This document shows positions 8,874 through 17,763 of a stretch of 64,000 nucleotides of DNA, piece after piece. The stretch comes from a bacterium (lineage in GTDB: Bacteria > Electryoneota > Electryoneia > Electryoneales > Electryoneaceae). The position numbers and the translations under genes were made by a program. The notes under the pieces were generated by a model. It saw only the letters and a list, made by a program, of their open reading frames with translations, did no database searches and had not been told where the DNA came from. The stretch is from assembly GCA_963669175.1 (NCBI GenBank), contig OY769902.1, forward strand, positions 608,001 through 672,000, given 5' to 3'. How positions within the stretch are numbered: the first letter of the stretch is position 1; each line of letters begins with the position of its first letter.

Positions 8874-11570
8874 ATGTTTATAGCTAAATGGGATGGCGAT
8901 GACACCCATGATCTGATCGCTCACGTGTTAGATGTAGCAGCAGTGGTGAAACTGCTGATACACGACCATCTGACAAAGAATAGCCGTGCAACCCTTTTAG
9001 AATCGTTCCCCGGGTATTCAGTGGAACCTGTTATTCAGTTAGTGTGTTTCCTTGCGGGACTGCATGATATTGGCAAGGGAACTCCCTGGTTCCAAGCGAG
9101 ACATCAACCAACATTACAAGCCCTCGTCACTATGGGATATGCTTTTCGCGGTTCTAATCAACCTCACGCGTTCCTATCCCAATACCTCATTCCCAGCATT
9201 CTCCTTCAAATTTGGCCAGAGTGGAGAGATTCCCAAAAATGGTTAAATCGTGTGGGCAAGCTATTAGGTGGTCACCATGGTCTATTCTGCGCATCATTTA
9301 CACCCCCGCGCCGAGACCTGGGGGATGGCAAATGGGATCATACTCGGTTGGAAATAGTTCGAACAATCGCTCAAGTCCTACAGATTGATTCTTCAGTACA
9401 ACCAACAATTGAGTATACATCTGATCGTTTCAATGTGACCTTCGCGGGTCTCGTAACCATAGCAGACTGGATCGGAAGCCAACAGGACTTTTTTCCGTTT
9501 GTCCCCATAATTGATGATCCTTCCTCGTATTGGCGGACAAGCCAAGAGCAAGCAAGACATGCACTGGATAAGATGGGCTGGCGAACGCACCGTCCAGTAG
9601 CTGTCTCTAATCAGCTTGATAGGTATTTTCCGGATGCTAAGGATCCCGTATGGCGCCCGGTTCAGGAGATCGTTAAACGGGCATTGCCTGATAAACCTGC
9701 AGCCTCCCTGATCATTGTCGAGGATAGCACCGGAGGCGGAAAAACAGAGGCATCATGGTTGGCCGCAGAAACAGATTGGCATCGACTGGAACAAGCCGGT
9801 CTATATATAGGGATGCCAACAATGGCTACCAGTAATGCTATGCATAAACGTTTGCAGGAATACCTCGCCTCAAGCTACCCAGACGAAGTGGTCAATCTGC
9901 AACTTGCGCATAGCCTTGCAACTCTCGATAATCCATCAGCGCTCACATCTGTAGGTGATCCTGAAGCCAATAATAATCACACCCACGGTACAACAACCGC
10001 AGAATCCTGGTTTCTTCCAAAAAAGCGTACTCTTTTCGCGCCGTTCGGGGTGGGAACTGTTGACCAAGCACTTATGGCTGTGCTGCAAGTCAAACATTTC
10101 TACCTGCGTCTATTCGCACTTGCTGGGACAACGGTCATTTTTGATGAGATCCACGCGTATGACGTGTACATGTCCACACTTTTTGATTGCTTACTCCGCT
10201 GGCTCGGAGAACTGGGCGTTACAGTGGTGCTTCTATCGGCAACTTTGCCCTCAGCACGTCGCAAACAACTCATAGAGGCATATTGTGGTCAGGTTGACTT
10301 AAAGGTTCCAGATACTACCGACGGGGAATTCCCCAGGGTTCATGTTGTCAACTCCGATGGAATCTATTTAAACACACCCGGTAAAGCCGCAGTACCCTCC
10401 ACACCGAATAGATCTGTGTCAGTACAGGTTGTGTACGAGGAAGATGAGGCAATACTTGAACGCCTACACAACTTTCTGCAAGATGGGGGCTGCGGGGTCT
10501 GGATCTGCAATACCGTCGCGGACGCGCAGAAACGATATCGTGACTGGCAAGAACGATATCCGGATTGGCTAGAGGAAGAAATGATCCTCTTTCATGCCCG
10601 TTTTCCCTTTGGCCGCAGAGCTGAAATCGAAGAGCAGATTCAGAATCTGTTTGGCAAGAACGACACGATACGACCAACTAGGACTATAGTTTTCGCGACT
10701 CAGGTAATTGAGCAGAGCCTGGATGTTGACTTCGATGTGATGGTGTCGGACCTGGGACCTATCGACTTACTGATTCAGCGTATCGGCCGCCTCCAGCGAC
10801 ACAGGCATCTTCAACGCCCGGAACGCTTCAGTGACAATCCTGTTTGTTTTGTAGCCTCGCCGCTATTGGGCAAAGATGGTGTTCCGCTGTGGGGAAACCA
10901 AGCGAAGATTTACGATGAATTCATTTTGCTGAAAACGTGGCGGGTTCTCGGATTGCTTGACGGACACCCGGTCAGTCTTCCCACGGAATCTGACCACCTC
11001 ATCAACTTTGTATATGACACAATGATTCCAAGCAATCTGCCAGACCGATTGGACCAGGTGTTTATTGCAGCAAAGGCAAAATCAGACAAGGCTGCCGAGG
11101 ACGATAGAACAAAGGCGGAAACAATAGTCATCAAGGAACCACGACCTGTTGGCAGAGAAAGCATCATGGATCAGGCAAGTAAGAATCTCGATGAGGATGA
11201 TCCTTTAATACACGAGTCCTTACGTGCAGCAACAAGGCTGGGGCCACCCTCTGTAACCGTGATATGTGTCCACCAGGTAAAACAAGGTATAGCGTTAGAT
11301 GCAAAAGGTTCAGACCTGTTTGACCTGAACACGGATATCAATCATAAGCTTGTACAGGATTTAATGCGTCAGTCACTCAATATTTCATGCTACAATCCAG
11401 CCAGGTTAACTGCAGTATTCGAGGCTTCGGTTATGCCAGTGGGTTGGAAAAGACACGCGGCATTACGATACACAGTATTGTTACCTCTGGTCGATGGCCA
11501 GATTCAGTTGGGAAAGGAGGTGTTTCGGCTGAACGATGATGAAGGATTGGTAATCACGAGGCAATTCTAA
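8874..11570 (+). CDS. cas3: CRISPR-associated helicase/nuclease Cas3 (type I-E)
   Basis: HD domain (H.LDVAAV, LHDIGK, HHG, ADWIGS), TGGGKTEA, DEIHAYD, SAT, ATQVIEQSLDVD, QRIGRLQRH; start 8874 has GGAGG RBS. Confidence 0.97.
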   Translation: MFIAKWDGDDTHDLIAHVLDVAAVVKLLIHDHLTKNSRATLLESFPGYSVEPVIQLVCFLAGLHDIGKGTPWFQARHQPTLQALVTMGYAFRGSNQPHAFLSQYLIPSILLQIWPEWRDSQKWLNRVGKLLGGHHGLFCASFTPPRRDLGDGKWDHTRLEIVRTIAQVLQIDSSVQPTIEYTSDRFNVTFAGLVTIADWIGSQQDFFPFVPIIDDPSSYWRTSQEQARHALDKMGWRTHRPVAVSNQLDRYFPDAKDPVWRPVQEIVKRALPDKPAASLIIVEDSTGGGKTEASWLAAETDWHRLEQAGLYIGMPTMATSNAMHKRLQEYLASSYPDEVVNLQLAHSLATLDNPSALTSVGDPEANNNHTHGTTTAESWFLPKKRTLFAPFGVGTVDQALMAVLQVKHFYLRLFALAGTTVIFDEIHAYDVYMSTLFDCLLRWLGELGVTVVLLSATLPSARRKQLIEAYCGQVDLKVPDTTDGEFPRVHVVNSDGIYLNTPGKAAVPSTPNRSVSVQVVYEEDEAILERLHNFLQDGGCGVWICNTVADAQKRYRDWQERYPDWLEEEMILFHARFPFGRRAEIEEQIQNLFGKNDTIRPTRTIVFATQVIEQSLDVDFDVMVSDLGPIDLLIQRIGRLQRHRHLQRPERFSDNPVCFVASPLLGKDGVPLWGNQAKIYDEFILLKTWRVLGLLDGHPVSLPTESDHLINFVYDTMIPSNLPDRLDQVFIAAKAKSDKAAEDDRTKAETIVIKEPRPVGRESIMDQASKNLDEDDPLIHESLRAATRLGPPSVTVICVHQVKQGIALDAKGSDLFDLNTDINHKLVQDLMRQSLNISCYNPARLTAVFEASVMPVGWKRHAALRYTVLLPLVDGQIQLGKEVFRLNDDEGLVITRQF

Positions 11571-11589
11571 CAAACCGAAAGGTATATTC

Positions 11590-13173
11590 ATGGCACCATT
11601 CAACCTTGTAACAGAAGCCTGGATTCCGTGTTTGAAGCCCGATTGGATCGTCGTGGAAGCTGGGCTGCGGGATGTACTTCTGAGCGCTCATGAGTTCCGC
11701 GAGATGCAGGATACATCTCCCTTGGTCACAGCATCGTTGCATCGTCTCCTGATAGCTCTGGTTGCGTCCATGTACTCACCCAAGACGCTTGATGACTGGT
11801 TGGCGCTCTGGGAGAAAAAGCAATTCTATGCTGAAACAGTGAATACCTATTTCGCAGATCGGATGGATCGATTCGATCTGTTCCATCCCGATTACCCTTT
11901 CTACCAGGTAGCGAAATTCAAGGTCAACAAACCATCTCCGATCAGCCAGCTAGCCATGGAAGAAGTGTCAGGGAACAACCCAGTGCTTTTCGACCATCGT
12001 AGGGACGATGCGCCTGATCCAATTCCACCCGAAGTCGCTGCACGGCGACTTGTCGCGCTACAGAACTTTGCGGTTGGATTTGGACAGAGCGCAAAACCGG
12101 AGATAGATGGAAAGAATGTAGTGACCAAACGTATCGACACAGGTGATGGTCCACTCGCACGCGGATCGACCCTGATTGTTTATGGTGGCAACCTATTCGA
12201 AACTCTGATACTGAACACGCTTCCGGCTTCCCTACGGGAAGAAACCCTTCTCGAGAATGGAACAGCAGTGTGGGACCGAATCAAGCCAGTTCGGCCAGGC
12301 GAACCACGACACCCTGACGGATACTTGGACCAACTTACCTGGCCTACTCGCTGGGCTCGTCTGCTTCCAGATGGTGTTTCCTGCAAAACTCTATCGTCAG
12401 TATATCTTGCGCAAGGCTCACGGATGTCAGGTGACGTTATGGATCCTATGAAGCGGTACAAGCGGGATGAAAAGCAGGGTTGGTTATCCCAATCGATGAG
12501 AGCAGACCGCGCACTCTGGCGGGATAGTGCTGCCTGGTTGGAATTCAGCGATACGAACCGTCCTCCAGCGACACTAAGAATGATCCGGAACTTGGTGGAG
12601 GAATCAGATTTAGACACCTCAAAGACATTGGATCTTCGCGTCTTTGGTTTCGGAACCAAACCAGGGAAAGCTGCCGCTATCCAGTTCTGGCGTGCAGATG
12701 CAATCTCGGTCCCAATGGAATTTCTTGAGGATGAGGATCTGGTGGCACGACTTCGTCAATGCTTGGAGTGGGCCGAGCGTGGTGCAAAGACTCTTCGTAG
12801 CGCCATCTGGAAATTCGGTGATGTTTACCTCCCCGATATGGGGAAAGATCAGAAGACCGCCAAAATTGAAGATTTAATTCAAAACCTGGCTCCCATTAAT
12901 CGTTACTGGCCAGACATGGAGCTTCATTTTCGCGCCCTGTTGTTCGCCTTGATTGATGATCCGGACCAGGCAGAAACCGACTGGATGGATCAGATCGAAA
13001 ACACCGCAAGAAGTGCTCTCGAACATACCCTTCGAAAACTACCCATCAAGGGCCGAGACCAACAGGCAGCTGTTCATTCACGGGGCGTATTGAACAGCCT
13101 GTTACGCAGAATTCGCAATGATGCAGGGTTATTGCCTGTACCAACAGAGGAGGATACCTATGACAGTAAATGA
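11590..13173 (+). CDS. cas8e: Type I-E Cascade large subunit Cas8e (Cse1/CasA)
   Basis: FNLVTEAWIP, RFDLFHP..PFYQ, GNN..LFDH, NLFETL.LN, TWP.R, ALWRD; follows cas3. Confidence 0.95.
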   Translation: MAPFNLVTEAWIPCLKPDWIVVEAGLRDVLLSAHEFREMQDTSPLVTASLHRLLIALVASMYSPKTLDDWLALWEKKQFYAETVNTYFADRMDRFDLFHPDYPFYQVAKFKVNKPSPISQLAMEEVSGNNPVLFDHRRDDAPDPIPPEVAARRLVALQNFAVGFGQSAKPEIDGKNVVTKRIDTGDGPLARGSTLIVYGGNLFETLILNTLPASLREETLLENGTAVWDRIKPVRPGEPRHPDGYLDQLTWPTRWARLLPDGVSCKTLSSVYLAQGSRMSGDVMDPMKRYKRDEKQGWLSQSMRADRALWRDSAAWLEFSDTNRPPATLRMIRNLVEESDLDTSKTLDLRVFGFGTKPGKAAAIQFWRADAISVPMEFLEDEDLVARLRQCLEWAERGAKTLRSAIWKFGDVYLPDMGKDQKTAKIEDLIQNLAPINRYWPDMELHFRALLFALIDDPDQAETDWMDQIENTARSALEHTLRKLPIKGRDQQAAVHSRGVLNSLLRRIRNDAGLLPVPTEEDTYDSK

Positions 13174-13798
13174 CGAAAAACGTGAGGTTGCGTTCGTCCG
13201 CAAACTGGTTGACTTATGGGAAGACCGGGGAGCAATGGCGAATCTGCGTCGAGGTCTTCGGGTTGAAAACCCGAAAGCAGACGCCCGCATGGTGTCAACG
13301 ATTGCACCGATGCTGTATGGAGTGTCCGCATCTGACGAAGATCGCTTCTATTGGATTGCATCTCTGTTCGCTACAGTTCATACCGGTTCGAATAAACCGG
13401 TCTGGATGAAGATGCATCTCGATGAACCGGCTGAAATCTGGAAACGCCATACAATTGGGGAGGCCTTCCATAAGATGAGTGCGGCTGAACGGCGAGAACG
13501 TAACCTCAAGCCGGACAAAAAAACCAGCACAGATAGCCGCTTTGAAAAACTGATGAACAGCAACTGGGAAGATCTGCCCAACAGGCTGCGCCACGCTGTC
13601 CGTCAACTTGCATCACGCCATGGCTCGGATCGTGAACGGGTGGACATTGACTGGGTCCGCCTGCTGCACGACATCGCACCGCGCAGGTTCAATAGTCCAG
13701 AACGATACATCCAGCAGGCTTGGGCGAATAGCTACTGGCGTACCACCACGAAGAAGGAAGAAGAAAACAAAACAACTGAAAAGACTGAAAACGCATAA
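13160..13798 (+). CDS. cse2: Type I-E small subunit Cas11 (Cse2/CasB)
   Basis: DRG..A.LRRG, RF..L, LRHAV, IDW..LL.D, WA..YW; start ATG 13160 with GGAGG RBS. Confidence 0.93.
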   Translation: MTVNDEKREVAFVRKLVDLWEDRGAMANLRRGLRVENPKADARMVSTIAPMLYGVSASDEDRFYWIASLFATVHTGSNKPVWMKMHLDEPAEIWKRHTIGEAFHKMSAAERRERNLKPDKKTSTDSRFEKLMNSNWEDLPNRLRHAVRQLASRHGSDRERVDIDWVRLLHDIAPRRFNSPERYIQQAWANSYWRTTTKKEEENKTTEKTENA

Positions 13799-13815
13799 CA
13801 CAAGGAGAAAGACCC

Positions 13816-14967
13816 ATGTTTATCGAATTGCACATGATCCAGAACATTCCCCCGGCCAACCTGAACCGGGATGACAGTGGCGCTCCCAAGGATTGTGAGT
13901 TCGGCGGCCATCGTCGTGCACGGATCTCATCCCAGAGCCTCAAGCGTGCGATCAGGTTTCATGATGATATGCGAAATTTGGAAGGTGCATCACCGTCCCA
14001 GCGTACAAAGCGAATTGTGGAACAGGTCGTTGATCGGCTTGTCAACGGCGGTCATGATAAGGAAAAAGCGGAATCCATCGTCAAGATCGTTATGGACGCC
14101 GCAGGGGTTTCGACAGATGACAAGGGGAAATCCAGCATCCTGTTCTTTATCAATGACGCCGCAATGGACTGCATTGCTCAACTCATCCATGACCACTTTG
14201 AAGACTTGGACCAGAAGAAAAAGAAGGACATTCCCGGCGATGTCGTCAACGAGATCGTGGACATTTTCCTGGAAGAGATCCACTCCCCGGATCTCGCCCT
14301 GTTCGGTAGGATGGTGGCTGTCGATCCCAAATCACCTCTCGGTGCAAAGAACTTGAAGATCAACGCTGCCTGCCAGGTCGCACACGCCATAAGCACCAAT
14401 CGTGTCAGCATGGATGAAGACTTCTTCACCGCTGTGGATGATTTGAATCCTGATGAAGAGACTGGCGCTGGCATGATGGGCGTGATCGATTTCAATAGCT
14501 CGTGCTTTTACAGATACAGTGTCATCGATACCCGCGCCCTGGAAGCGAATCTGGGCCATGACCAGAAACTCGCTGAGAACACAGTTCACGCTTTCATCAA
14601 AGCGTCTGTCGAGTCGCTGCCGAGCGGCAAGCAGAACAGCTTCGCCGCACATACTCGTCCGGATTTCGTGCTGGCCATCGTCCGTAAGGGGCAACCACTC
14701 TCCTTGGCTAATTCGTTCGCCAACCCGGTTCGTCCCTGGCAGAACGAAGGCATGGTGGAGGCTAGCGTGAAAGCAATGTATGAACACCTCAAGAAGCTCA
14801 CCGAAACGTATGGTGACGGCGACCTGATCGAGCATTTCTGGATCTATACAAAAGATCTGTCCGAAGAAGACAAAAAGAGGTGGGAAGAAGTGTTTGGTTT
14901 CAAGGACGAAAGCCTCGAAACCCTCATTGGTGACACTATTGGGCAAGCATTTCCCGAGGAGGATTAA
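13816..14967 (+). CDS. cas7: Type I-E backbone Cas7 (Cse4/CasC)
   Basis: NLNRDD.GAPK, RARISSQS.KRAIR, LALFGRM, QVAHAIST, DFFTAVDD, PSGKQNSFA. Confidence 0.97.
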   Translation: MFIELHMIQNIPPANLNRDDSGAPKDCEFGGHRRARISSQSLKRAIRFHDDMRNLEGASPSQRTKRIVEQVVDRLVNGGHDKEKAESIVKIVMDAAGVSTDDKGKSSILFFINDAAMDCIAQLIHDHFEDLDQKKKKDIPGDVVNEIVDIFLEEIHSPDLALFGRMVAVDPKSPLGAKNLKINAACQVAHAISTNRVSMDEDFFTAVDDLNPDEETGAGMMGVIDFNSSCFYRYSVIDTRALEANLGHDQKLAENTVHAFIKASVESLPSGKQNSFAAHTRPDFVLAIVRKGQPLSLANSFANPVRPWQNEGMVEASVKAMYEHLKKLTETYGDGDLIEHFWIYTKDLSEEDKKRWEEVFGFKDESLETLIGDTIGQAFPEED

Positions 14968-14970
14968 ACC

Positions 14971-15657
14971 ATGGCAGTCTTACTCCTGCAACTGATGGGT
15001 CCGATGCAGGCATGGGGGCTGCAAAGCCGGTTCGATATCCGGGATACAGGACGTGAACCGTCCAAGTCCGGTGTAGTAGGAATGCTTGCTTCGGCTTTAG
15101 GCAGATCTCGTTCGGAACCCATTGATGATCTGGCCGCTCTACGTATGGGAGTCCGTGTGGATCGTGAGGGTGTTCTGATGCGGGATTTCCAGACCACCAT
15201 GTCTGTACCGAAAGCGGCCGGAGGTGAATTTGGGACCGTAACTAGCGACCGATATTACCTGAGTGATGGTGCATTCCTTGTGGGACTGGAGGGTGAGCGC
15301 TCGCGACTGGAAACCGTATCGCAGGCCCTGGCTATCCCACGCTGGCCGCTATACCTGGGGCGTCGGGCGATGCCGCCCGCGGAACCGTTGCTGGTCGGAA
15401 ACGGCGAACTTATGGATACAACCCTCGAGACCGCTTTGCAGAATCACCAATGGCTTCATGACTATACTCACAATCCCAGTCGTCCGGCGAAAGTCCGCCT
15501 GTTGATCGAGGTTACTCCGAACGATGCACACAAGGCAGGCGTAACTGTTGAAAGACGACCGGATCAACCGGTGACGTTCATGCCGCCAACCCATACCATC
15601 CGGTATGTAGCCACCAAGTTTATTCCCCTTCCACCCGAAGATAGAGGAGGTGAATGA
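14971..15657 (+). CDS. cas5: Type I-E Cas5 (CasD)
   Basis: GPMQAWG, R.T...PSKSGV.G.LA.ALGR, RYYLSD, PLYLGRR. Confidence 0.96.
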   Translation: MAVLLLQLMGPMQAWGLQSRFDIRDTGREPSKSGVVGMLASALGRSRSEPIDDLAALRMGVRVDREGVLMRDFQTTMSVPKAAGGEFGTVTSDRYYLSDGAFLVGLEGERSRLETVSQALAIPRWPLYLGRRAMPPAEPLLVGNGELMDTTLETALQNHQWLHDYTHNPSRPAKVRLLIEVTPNDAHKAGVTVERRPDQPVTFMPPTHTIRYVATKFIPLPPEDRGGE

Positions 15658-16304
15658 TGCCCTATCTGTCACGACTGCTGCTTAACCCTGTCGGACGGGG
15701 CGTTGTCCGAGAGCTGCAGCATCCCTATGAGATGCACCGAACGCTTATGCGGAGCTTCGCGCCCAGGTCGCGTGAGGAGATTGGAAGCGTACTGTTTCGG
15801 GCAGATCTTCCGAAGGATACAACTCCCATCAAACTCTACGTCCAGTCTGATCATGAACCCGATTGGACCTTCCTCGCTGATTGGGAAAATTACCTGGTGA
15901 ACTGCGATTCAGCAACCACCAATCCTGCTGTCAAGCCATTCAAACCAGAGTTTTCCACTGGAATGCATTACCGGTTTCGGTTGCGCGCCAACCCAACCGT
16001 CAAGAAAAACGGGAAACGGATCGGTTTGGTCGGCCAGAAAGCTCAAGTGACCTGGATGCTGCGGAAAGCAGAACAACATGGATTCACATTATCCTCAGAG
16101 TCACTGCTTGCTCGCAACGAGGGCTATCTGCGAACTGGGACGTTGCAGAAAAACGAAGCCCAACACATGATGACACACCTGGCCGTTACGTATGATGGGG
16201 TGCTGCGTGTCGTTGATCCCTTAAAATTCCACGACGCCTGGCGCAACGGTATCGGTCCGGCTAAAGCCTTCGGATTTGGTCTGCTGAGTCTTGCGCCGGC
16301 TTGA
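15654..16304 (+). CDS. cas6: Type I-E Cas6 (Cse3/CasE) crRNA endoribonuclease
   Basis: YLSRL, H..L, FRLRANP, C-terminal GIGPAKAFGFGLLSL glycine loop. Confidence 0.96.
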   Translation: MMPYLSRLLLNPVGRGVVRELQHPYEMHRTLMRSFAPRSREEIGSVLFRADLPKDTTPIKLYVQSDHEPDWTFLADWENYLVNCDSATTNPAVKPFKPEFSTGMHYRFRLRANPTVKKNGKRIGLVGQKAQVTWMLRKAEQHGFTLSSESLLARNEGYLRTGTLQKNEAQHMMTHLAVTYDGVLRVVDPLKFHDAWRNGIGPAKAFGFGLLSLAPA

Positions 16305-16551
16305 GTTGGAAGGAATTAGTTTTCAATTGACAGGGTACCTGGGCAACTGAGTATCCACCATCCAGTTCTTTGACAAGCGAACCTATGACAGTCAGATATG
16401 GAAAATGGGGGCTGGCTCGATTTGTTTTGTTCAATGGTGATTTCAGCTTGCTGAAGTTTCGGAACAAATGGTGTCTGTCCCGCATTTTCCGGTCATGAGA
16501 ACGATAACTTCCAGGAGAAGTATGAGTTCCTGATATCACCGGAGGTATATC

Positions 16552-17478
16552 ATGCAGGATTATCGTTCATTGCCGAAGCTTCGGGACAGCATCAGCCATT
16601 TGTATGTGGAGCATGCGCGTGTGGACAAGGAGGCGCAATCCATCGCTTTGCAGGACAAGGACGGGATTGTGTCTGTGCCTGTATCCGCGTTAACCCTGCT
16701 GATGCTCGGTCCCGGGACAACCATTACCCACCAGGCGGTCAAGGTGCTTGCGGACAGCGGGTGCCTGACAGTCTGGTGCGGAGAAGGCGGCATCCGTTAC
16801 TACGCGCATGGGTTGGGCGAGACCAGGAAAGGCTACAAGCTTGAACGGCAGGCACGGTTGTGGGCGGACGAAGAGAAACACATGGCGGTTGTTCGTGCCA
16901 TGTATTTCAAACGTCTTGGTCTTCGCAACCTGAAACCGTACAACCTTGAGCAGTTGCGTGGGATGGAAGGCGCACGGGTCCGTGACAGTTACGCCCAGAT
17001 GAGCCGTGAGACCGGCGTGCCCTGGAAGGGACGTCAGTATGACCGGAGCGCCTGGAACCGTGGCGATGAGGTCAACCGTGCCCTCTCTACCGCCAACTCC
17101 TGTTTGTATGGTCTTTGCCATGCCGCGATCATTTCTGGCGGGTATTCTCCCGGATTGGGCTTCATCCATTCCGGTAAACAGCTTTCGTTTGTCTACGATA
17201 TCGCTGACCTGTACAAGATGGAAGTTACTGTACCGGTTGCCTTTAACACGGTCAAAGAAGGCCCGGAACACCTGGAACGGACCATCCGCAAGAACTGTCG
17301 GGATCAGTTTTTCAGGACAAAGCTGTTGTCACGTATTCTCCCGGACATCGACGAACTGTTCAACCTGGGCGAACGTGCGGATGAACTCCCCCTTGACGAC
17401 TGGCCTGAAGATGAAGATCCGGCACGTCCGGCGCCGTACTGGGGCTCAGACCGTGACAGTGGAGGTGAACCATGGTAG
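16552..17478 (+). CDS. cas1: Type I-E Cas1 integrase
   Basis: [49 protein letters not shown]. Confidence 0.98.
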   Translation: MQDYRSLPKLRDSISHLYVEHARVDKEAQSIALQDKDGIVSVPVSALTLLMLGPGTTITHQAVKVLADSGCLTVWCGEGGIRYYAHGLGETRKGYKLERQARLWADEEKHMAVVRAMYFKRLGLRNLKPYNLEQLRGMEGARVRDSYAQMSRETGVPWKGRQYDRSAWNRGDEVNRALSTANSCLYGLCHAAIISGGYSPGLGFIHSGKQLSFVYDIADLYKMEVTVPVAFNTVKEGPEHLERTIRKNCRDQFFRTKLLSRILPDIDELFNLGERADELPLDDWPEDEDPARPAPYWGSDRDSGGEPW

Positions 17479-17753
17479 TCATGATTGTGGAACGGGTTTC
17501 ACCTTCACTGCGAGGCGAACTGAGCCGATGGCTGATAGAAGTGAAAGCCGGAGTGTTCGTTGGCAAGGTATCCGCGTTGGTCAGGGATAAACTGTGGGAG
17601 AAAGTGACTGAGAAACGAAAGGATGGCGCCGCTGTTCAGGTCTGGTCCACCAACAACGAACAGGGCTTCGTGATGCGTATGGAAGGAGACCGTTCACGTC
17701 AACTTGCCGACTTCGAGGGTCTTCAGCTTGTAAAACGCACCGTAAGTTCTTAA
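17472..17753 (+). CDS. cas2: Type I-E Cas2
   Basis: LRGELSRW..E...GVFVG..SA.VRD.LW, NEQGF, DFEGL.L. Confidence 0.97.
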   Translation: MVVMIVERVSPSLRGELSRWLIEVKAGVFVGKVSALVRDKLWEKVTEKRKDGAAVQVWSTNNEQGFVMRMEGDRSRQLADFEGLQLVKRTVSS

Positions 17754-17763
17754 TTTACGGAGT

